The notes under the pieces were generated by a model. The model was given only the letters and a program-made list of their open reading frames with translations, had not been told where the DNA came from and searched no databases. A stretch of DNA of 53,083 nt from Ignavibacteria bacterium (GTDB taxonomy: Bacteria; Bacteroidota; Ignavibacteria; Tepidaquicellales; OLB5), in assembly GCA_043744495.1 (NCBI GenBank), contig JAYTUN010000162.1, positions 1 through 53,083 on the forward strand, in the 5' to 3' direction. Positions 46,616 to 53,083 of this stretch are shown piece after piece. The translations under genes and the position numbers were made by a program. The stretch's first letter is position 1. Each line of letters starts with the position of its first letter.

Positions 46616-47173
46616 ATGAATAAAACAATTAAAATAAACCAGGCTGATGTTTTAGCGGCAAATATCTGCAGGAATGTGATAAGAGAGCTTATCATGCGCT
46701 CGGATAAATACAATGTATCACCGGCAAAGTTCAACACACTGGTTAAAGCATATTACACGCTTGAAAGCTTTCCCGTGAAGAAGATATCAGGTTACATAGA
46801 TATATCAGCAAATACACATTTACCCGGCGGTAGTTTGGATTACAGCTCATTTACAATAGGTGAAGATTACTTTGAAGTTTATACCGGATTTGTAAGCTAT
46901 GAAGGCGGCGAGTGTGATGACAGCTCATGGGAAAAGATCTTTTCAACCAAGGATGAAACTCACAGAGCGAATCTTGTGAAGGCTATGGAGTGCTGGGCTG
47001 AGAGCTTCCTGCTTCACCTTGACGAAAATCCGGCAAGGTCATTGCTTATTATTGACCGCTCACAGCTTGAAGGCGACCAAACGGTTTACTCAGAAATTAC
47101 CCCGCAGCCCGTTGTTGTGACGCCTGAGTATGCGAAAATTCAGCACGCAAAATACGAAGAAGTACCGTTTTAA
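46616..47173 (+). CDS. 185-aa acidic protein, no recognisable motif
   Basis: Clean ORF followed by a terminator hairpin. I recognise no family signature. Confidence 0.6.
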   Translation: MNKTIKINQADVLAANICRNVIRELIMRSDKYNVSPAKFNTLVKAYYTLESFPVKKISGYIDISANTHLPGGSLDYSSFTIGEDYFEVYTGFVSYEGGECDDSSWEKIFSTKDETHRANLVKAMECWAESFLLHLDENPARSLLIIDRSQLEGDQTVYSEITPQPVVVTPEYAKIQHAKYEEVPF

Positions 47174-47230
47174 ATAAATATGTTTTCAGGTTAAGTTTTG
47201 TTACACTATCCTTACATAATTAATCAGGAA

Positions 47231-47259
47231 GGCCAGTCCCCCGCAGACTGTCCTTTTTT
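47231..47259 (+). terminator. intrinsic terminator after the 185-aa gene
   Basis: Stem ggccagtc/gactgtcc (7 of 8 pairs), loop ccccgca, followed by T6. Confidence 0.6.
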
Positions 47260-47501
47260 ATTTGCGGGACCTCAGCATTAGAAACAAGAAGAATAAAATA
47301 GTCAAAGGCATGCCTTTGACCTACAAATATGAATTTAGTAGAGACGGGTCTGCCAGCCATTATGGTGACCCGTCTGCTTTTGAGAAACCTATCTCTCTAC
47401 TTCGCAAACAAGTACATTCTCAAACTGGAGAGACTTTCTCAAAAGTCATTCTTTTATTGTTTTGAAGATAATCAAGATTAAAGAATGTTTAAATTTTGTT
47501 G

Positions 47502-47546
47502 AATTTATGAGATTGCTTCGTCCACGCCTGAGGCGGGCAGGCGCTT
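47502..47546. repeat. 45-bp repeat, copy 2
   Basis: Identical to 26283-26327, same orientation. The core cctgaggcgggc also occurs at 15739-15750. Confidence 0.9.
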
Positions 47547-47621
47547 CGCTCAGGATAAAAAAAGGGCAGTTATTAACTGCCCAAAACGGAGGTGATAAAT
47601 GTGAAACAAAATCTTTTGTTT

Positions 47622-48659
47622 TTACTTTTTAGCTTTTTCCATGTAACTTTTTAGCGAGCTATCCAGTGCAGGTTTTTGACCTACGGCTGATTGCCAATCT
47701 TTTAGAGCATTTTGTTTATCCATTGAATTATAATATGAAAATCCGCGGTTCACATAAGCATCCGTTAAAGTTGGATCAAGCTCAATTGCTTTGGAGTAAT
47801 CGGTAATTGCCTGCGGGTAGTTGCGTAAATTTGCAAAAGCGAATCCGCGAGCATTGTAGTTTAGCGCACTGGTTGAGCCAATCTTTATTGCTCTATCGAA
47901 ATCTTCAAGTGCAAACTGGAACTGATCTGTATTAAGATAAATATAACCCCTGTTGATATATGTATCTGCAAGTGTAGAATCAATTTGAATGGCTTTATCA
48001 TAATCAGGAAGTGCATCAAATAATCTTTTCATATTAGCATACGCAAAGCCGCGTGTGTTATAGTAAACCGCACGTTTGGGATTTAGCTCAATAGCTTTTG
48101 TAAAATCGCTTACAACATTTTCATATTTGTTAATACTTAAATATGAAAACCCGCGGTTTGAATAGGCATCTTCATATTTCGGGTTCAGCTCAATAGCCTT
48201 TGAATAATCTTTTATAGCCTGTGTATAATCTTTTAAAAGAGCGTAAACATATCCGCGCCTGTTTATATAAACTGCGCTTTTAGTATCTTTCTCAACAGCT
48301 TTTTCATAATCATTCATTGCTTTACTGTAATCATTCATTGTAATATAAACATAACCCCTTGCATCGTAAAATCTTGCTGTATCCGGAGCGATGCTTATTG
48401 CTTCGGTAATATCCTCAATTCCTTTTGGAAAGTTATTTCTTGAAATATTCAGCGTGCCACGGTGATACCACGCAGTTTGGTTCTTTTTATCAAACTCAAT
48501 TGCCTGATTGTATTCATTCATTGCCTCATCAAGCTTGCCTTTGTTCTGCAGCTCAATGCCGGATTTTAGATGTTTGGAAGATTCTTCAGGATTTCTCTGT
48601 GCGCAGCCAAGTATAAGTGCCAAAAAAAGTGAAACGATGATAATATATTTAGATGTCAT
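47622..48659 (-). CDS. TPR-repeat lipoprotein
   Basis: Lipobox LILGC and about 8 consecutive TPR units (Y.NRG..Y......A..DY.KAIEL.P). Confidence 0.85.
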   Translation of the reverse strand: MTSKYIIIVSLFLALILGCAQRNPEESSKHLKSGIELQNKGKLDEAMNEYNQAIEFDKKNQTAWYHRGTLNISRNNFPKGIEDITEAISIAPDTARFYDARGYVYITMNDYSKAMNDYEKAVEKDTKSAVYINRRGYVYALLKDYTQAIKDYSKAIELNPKYEDAYSNRGFSYLSINKYENVVSDFTKAIELNPKRAVYYNTRGFAYANMKRLFDALPDYDKAIQIDSTLADTYINRGYIYLNTDQFQFALEDFDRAIKIGSTSALNYNARGFAFANLRNYPQAITDYSKAIELDPTLTDAYVNRGFSYYNSMDKQNALKDWQSAVGQKPALDSSLKSYMEKAKK

Positions 48660-48744
48660 ATTTAAGTTGAATTTTTGTAATAATTATAGTAAGTTTATAT
48701 AATAATAAAATGAGTTGTAATACCGTAAAAAAGTTAGAATAACA

Positions 48745-49140
48745 ATGAAAAATCACTTAAAATTCGCATTTTCTTTAGTAATACTGTTTGGAATACTAAT
48801 TGCCTGCACAAGTGATAAATCTGACAAGGATAAAAAGTCATCAGGCAACAAGCAGGATACCACAAAGGTCAATAAAGATCAGTACAAGGTTGCTGAAATA
48901 TTTACAGGAAGCAAGGACCAGTTAGTTGATCTGATTGAGGGTCCTGCAACTTTTAACATCTTTCATGAAGGCACAGGAAAATTCAAAGTGCAGATCAAAT
49001 ATCCCGACGGACAGGTAGTTGCGGTACTTGCCGATGTAACCGGTGATTATAAAGGTAAGAAACAAATTGCTGTACCCGAAACAAGGGCATATATTCTGGA
49101 TGTTGAAACAGAGGGTAAATGGTCTGTTTACAGAGAGTAA
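48745..49140 (+). CDS. small lipoprotein, unknown function
   Basis: Lipobox LIAC. 131 aa, beta-rich C-terminal part. Confidence 0.6.
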   Translation: MKNHLKFAFSLVILFGILIACTSDKSDKDKKSSGNKQDTTKVNKDQYKVAEIFTGSKDQLVDLIEGPATFNIFHEGTGKFKVQIKYPDGQVVAVLADVTGDYKGKKQIAVPETRAYILDVETEGKWSVYRE

Positions 49141-49237
49141 AAATAAAAAGTATAGCATGAAAAGAAAAAGGAATAATTATTAATTATACCTTTTTTTGTT
49201 TCCCTGCTTAAAGCTATTAAAAAAACTTCCAGGAAAT

Positions 49238-50032
49238 TTATTTTATCAGCGGTCTTATTTTATTTATTTTTGGTCTAAGCTCTGTTTCGTAAGTTCTGTT
49301 AAGAGCTATTGCCTGTTCCCAGTCACGGGCAGCTTCTTTGAACTTTCTTTGAGCAAGGTATGATGTACCCCTGTTGTAATAAGTTTTTGCCAGCCTTGAA
49401 TCCTTGAAAGTAACAGTATCATACTGGTAAACAGCAGAATCAGGCTTGCCAAGGATATCGTAAATATTTCCTTTGTTGAAGTTTGCAATAGTATCATCCG
49501 GTTTAAGCATTAACACCGTGTTATAGTCTGCCATTGCGGAATCATATATCTTAAATCTTTCATACGCATTGCCGCGGTTCATGTAAGCAGAATGGTTAGT
49601 TTGGTTTAGCTTTATGTATTCATTATAATCTGAAATTGCATTGCGGTACATTTTAATGTTCTGGAAATGGTTACCTCTATCAAGAAATGGACCCGGCTGG
49701 GTCGGTTTTTTTCTTATCAGTTCATCTAATTCCTGAAATGCTTTAGTGTTCCATACTTTGTATATGCTGTCTCGCGGAATACTATAACCCCTGTGGTATG
49801 ACTCAAGTGAATCTTTGTAATCAAAATTTCCTGTTCCGTATATATCGGTGCTGTCACGCTTCTTTATCAGGTTTGAATCGATGAGTTCTCTTATAATTTC
49901 ATCATACTTAACCTGTTCAAGACTGTCCTTTTCTCTTCTTTTTTCACTCTCAGTTTGTTTTGTACATCCCATAAACGAAAGTGCCGATACGAATATAATT
50001 AATGTTACCAGCGATATTAAATATCTTTTCAT
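49238..50032 (-). CDS. TPR-repeat lipoprotein
   Basis: Lipobox SFMGC, with TPR units in the C-terminal half. Confidence 0.8.
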   Translation of the reverse strand: MKRYLISLVTLIIFVSALSFMGCTKQTESEKRREKDSLEQVKYDEIIRELIDSNLIKKRDSTDIYGTGNFDYKDSLESYHRGYSIPRDSIYKVWNTKAFQELDELIRKKPTQPGPFLDRGNHFQNIKMYRNAISDYNEYIKLNQTNHSAYMNRGNAYERFKIYDSAMADYNTVLMLKPDDTIANFNKGNIYDILGKPDSAVYQYDTVTFKDSRLAKTYYNRGTSYLAQRKFKEAARDWEQAIALNRTYETELRPKINKIRPLIK

Positions 50033-50188
50033 AAAACTTTGATTTTTTTCTTGGAAAGCAAATATATTTAATTTTATGTTAAGTTATTAAACAAAAATTA
50101 AGTGTTGCAAAGATTAACGCAATAAGGCTATAGTTAAATACCGTATTAACGGCATTTAAATATCGTTAGAAATTTGTGATTTGACCAT

Positions 50189-50686
50189 TTATTTAGAATT
50201 TTTAATCTTTTTATTCTTTGCCATTGATTCAGCTGCAAGCTTTTTCTTAAATAACTGAATTTTACGGAACAAGCTTTTATTTGAAATTGCCAGCATTTCA
50301 ATTGCAAGGAGTCCAGCATTTTTAGCATTACCTATTGCAACAGTGGCTACGGGAATGCCGGTAGGCATTTGCACAATTGAAAGCAGCGAATCAATTCCCT
50401 CGAGAGCTTTAGTGCGGATGGGTACTCCAATAACAGGCAATGGTGAATGTGAAGCAGCCATACCGGGTAAATGTGCTGCGCCGCCCGCGCCAGCGATAAT
50501 GATTTTTATGCCGCGCCTGTGTGCAGCCTCAGCATATTTAGCCATAAAGTTTGGTGTGCGGTGAGCAGAGGTGATCTTAATTTCGTATGGCACGCCAAAT
50601 TCTGTGCAAACAATAGCGGCTTCCTGCATTGTTGGAAGGTCTGAATCGCTTCCCATGATTATTCCGATGATTGGTTTTGGTTTCAT
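50189..50686 (-). CDS. purE: N5-carboxyaminoimidazole ribonucleotide mutase
   Basis: [18 protein letters not shown] and [10 protein letters not shown] motifs. purK lies immediately upstream. Confidence 0.93.
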   Translation of the reverse strand: MKPKPIIGIIMGSDSDLPTMQEAAIVCTEFGVPYEIKITSAHRTPNFMAKYAEAAHRRGIKIIIAGAGGAAHLPGMAASHSPLPVIGVPIRTKALEGIDSLLSIVQMPTGIPVATVAIGNAKNAGLLAIEMLAISNKSLFRKIQLFKKKLAAESMAKNKKIKNSK

Positions 50687-50722
50687 AATATTTTCTGTTA
50701 CTAAAAGAATGAAAAATAATAT

Positions 50723-51859
50723 TTATATCACAATTGATCTTTCAGCTGCTTTTGCTTTACTTAATATTATTTTCAGGTCATTGCCTGTTATTGTAATGTG
50801 ACCCATTTTTCTGCCAATGCGCGATAATTTTTTTCCATATATATACAAATGTATATTTGGATCGCTTAATGCTTTTGAATAATTTTTTACAATTCCCGCG
50901 CTGTTTGTCTTACCCAATAAATTTATCATAACCGAGTATGGTTTTACCATTTCTGCTGAGCCAAGCGGTAAACTCAGTACTGAGCGAATGTGATTTTCAA
51001 ACTGTGAGCATACGCATCCTTCTATAGTGTAGTGCCCTGAATTATGTGGTCTTGGAGCCATTTCGTTTACAAGAATTTTACCGCTATGTGTGCAGAATAG
51101 TTCAATTCCGAATAACCCAAAACCATTTACAGCCATAACTGAATCCAAAGCGATCTTTCTTGCTTTCTTAATTACCGCGGGATTGAACTTAGCAGGCGCT
51201 ATCACGGTATGGCATATATGGTTTTTCTGTGTGGTTTCAACAACAGGATAAATGCATATTTCATTCTTTGTTCGGGCAACTATAACAGCAAGCTCTTTGG
51301 TAAAATCTACAAATTCTTCGGCTAGTAATTTGGAATGTCTGTGCGTTAATTTATCAAATGCTTTTTCAAAAGATTTCTTATTCTTAACAAGGGCATTACC
51401 ATATCCATCATAACCCATTTTCCTGGATTTAAGAACAAAGGGAAGTTTAAGCTCCTTAACAATTTTTACGAAATCTGATTTATGGTTTACTGCAATAAAT
51501 TTGGGCAGGGGAATGTTATACAGTTGGAGCGTCTGTTTCTGTATCAGCTTATCCTGTATTAGTGATATAGTAAAAGAGGATGGAAAAACTTTTTTACCGA
51601 GTGACTCAATATATTCAAGCAGATGATAATCAACAAATTCATTTTCAAGAGTAATAACATCACACACTGAAGCAAATTTACGAAGCAGCGCTTTATTGTT
51701 AATGCTGCCTGTAAACTCTTTATTGGTAAGCTCCCCGGCAGGCGAGCCCGGATCCTTATCTAGGATAGCAACGTTAAATCCAAGCCGCTTAGCGGCAAAT
51801 GCCGACATACGGGCAAGCTGCCCTCCGCCTAAGATACCGATACATTTTGGTTTATTCAA
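50723..51859 (-). CDS. purK: N5-carboxyaminoimidazole ribonucleotide synthase (ATP-grasp)
   Basis: GILGGGQLARM N-terminus, ATP-grasp core (GYDGYG, NEMAPRPHNSGH), and C-terminal GRKMGHIT. Confidence 0.92.
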   Translation of the reverse strand: MNKPKCIGILGGGQLARMSAFAAKRLGFNVAILDKDPGSPAGELTNKEFTGSINNKALLRKFASVCDVITLENEFVDYHLLEYIESLGKKVFPSSFTISLIQDKLIQKQTLQLYNIPLPKFIAVNHKSDFVKIVKELKLPFVLKSRKMGYDGYGNALVKNKKSFEKAFDKLTHRHSKLLAEEFVDFTKELAVIVARTKNEICIYPVVETTQKNHICHTVIAPAKFNPAVIKKARKIALDSVMAVNGFGLFGIELFCTHSGKILVNEMAPRPHNSGHYTIEGCVCSQFENHIRSVLSLPLGSAEMVKPYSVMINLLGKTNSAGIVKNYSKALSDPNIHLYIYGKKLSRIGRKMGHITITGNDLKIILSKAKAAERSIVI

Positions 51860-51947
51860 TAAAAACGGTATTGTGAAAATGATTGGTAATATATTTCAAT
51901 AATTCGCAGCCTAACTGTAAAAACAGTTAAAAATGCCGCGGCTACTC

Positions 51948-52787
51948 TTATTTTGTACCGTTTAATATGTAGGTGTGCACAAGCTCCAGTACTTCTCCAA
52001 CGGCATCTTCGTTGTTTGTGGAATTTGTAACATAGTCAGCTTTGCGCTTTAGCTCTGGGATAGCGTTTTTAACGGCAATATTGTATGCGCCAAAATCAAA
52101 CAGCGGCACATCGTTATGCCAGTCGCCAATAACCGCAACATTTTTCTTGCTGAGGCCTAAATATTTAACAAGTCTTTTAACACTTTCAAGTTTGTTGCTT
52201 TGTTTTTTCTTAATGGTCAAAAGATAATAATCATTGCGGGGTGATTTTGTAACGCTGAGCGATACACCTATTTTATCAAAATATCCGAAGCTGTGTTTTA
52301 TGTGTTTAAGGCTTGCTTTATCTTCACAGTAAATCAAAATTTCCAGAATATCTTTAACACCTGTAAAATCTGCAATTTCTTTTATGGGAGCGCTAAGTTT
52401 TGTATATTCCTTAACAACGGTATTCCTGGGCGTTACAAAAAGATTATGTTCATCGCACATTGTTATCTTGCCGTAGTTGTCTTCTGAAAGCGAAATTGCC
52501 TTATGAACAAAAGTATCATTAATAACGCCTTTGTAAATAGTTTCACCTTTACGGTTTTTAATAAGTGCGCCGTCAAGGGTAACGAACGGGACATCAATAT
52601 CAAGTTCATCGGCAATGTGAGATGAATAATGAAATGACCTTGCAGAAGAAAGAGTGCAGAAAATATTTTGTTTTTTCAGCTCTTTAGCAAGGTAAAGGGT
52701 TTTTTCGCCCACATTTCCCTGTTCGTCAACAAGTGTGCCGTCAATATCTATTACTATTAATTTTATGTCTTTTAGCCTGTGGGTCAA
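51948..52787 (-). CDS. Cof-type HAD-IIB family hydrolase
   Basis: DxDGT motif VIDIDGTLV and C-terminal GDWHNDVPLF. Confidence 0.85.
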   Translation of the reverse strand: MTHRLKDIKLIVIDIDGTLVDEQGNVGEKTLYLAKELKKQNIFCTLSSARSFHYSSHIADELDIDVPFVTLDGALIKNRKGETIYKGVINDTFVHKAISLSEDNYGKITMCDEHNLFVTPRNTVVKEYTKLSAPIKEIADFTGVKDILEILIYCEDKASLKHIKHSFGYFDKIGVSLSVTKSPRNDYYLLTIKKKQSNKLESVKRLVKYLGLSKKNVAVIGDWHNDVPLFDFGAYNIAVKNAIPELKRKADYVTNSTNNEDAVGEVLELVHTYILNGTK

Positions 52788-53083
52788 ATTTGAATATTTA
52801 TTTATATTTATTGGGAAGCCTAATACTGTTAAAAGTCCATGCGAAGTAACTCTACGAGTCTTTGACCCGAAGAGCCATAGACCTGTGGATTATTTACTTT
52901 AATACAAATTTAGTTATATGTATGGTTAAATAAAATTCATTTGGGTAAATTCTGTAGTATATGTTAAAAACTAATTAATTCAATAAACCGCATAAACTTA
53001 GTACACGACACAAAAGTAGTCATTAAGTGAAAGAAAATCTGGTTCTTAACTGTTAAATTTGTTTTGTGAAACAAAAAAATAAC

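Noticed and set aside
47262-47465. 67-aa ORF downstream of the 185-aa gene
   Set aside because: It has a non-ATG start, lies immediately after the terminator, and has no coding-like features.

Overview
This is a 53-kb chromosomal window from a low-GC bacterium. The gene content (a T9SS C-terminal sorting-domain protein, several TPR lipoproteins, DUF3098, TonB, class II RNR) suggests the FCB group (Bacteroidota/Ignavibacteriota-like); that assignment is inference only. I can support about 55 genes. Housekeeping genes include nrdJ, trmB, citrate synthase, trpS, purE/purK, inorganic pyrophosphatase, an M20 dipeptidase and tRNA-Leu(UAA). Accessory modules are interleaved with them: (1) a 1314-bp IS3-family element with TG..CA inverted repeats, a 3-bp AAC target duplication, a canonical A AAA AAG slippery site and an extra frame break in orfB; (2) a Phd/ParE toxin-antitoxin pair; (3) an HNH nuclease convergent with an 889-aa tandem double methyltransferase, preceded by 32-bp tandem repeats; (4) a BglII-like nuclease with a beta-class SPPY methyltransferase; (5) a frameshifted ada; (6) an SRPBCC gene with an in-frame TGA. 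The best candidates for something undescribed are: (i) a six-gene, tightly overlapping minus-strand operon (42551-46152) that starts with an HTH-WYL regulator, runs through DoxX-like, DUF2071-like and membrane methyltransferase-like genes, and ends in a pyrimidine-dimer glycosylase; (ii) a divergent pair next to it, a 44-aa tail-anchored peptide plus a 185-aa acidic protein with no recognisable motif; (iii) a diverged 351-bp tandem duplication around tRNA-Leu that leaves tRNA-like fragments whose anticodon arm is replaced by a GC hairpin; (iv) several families of GC-rich hairpin and repeat modules scattered through AT-rich intergenic regions. I saw no CRISPR array, rRNA, integrase or prophage.
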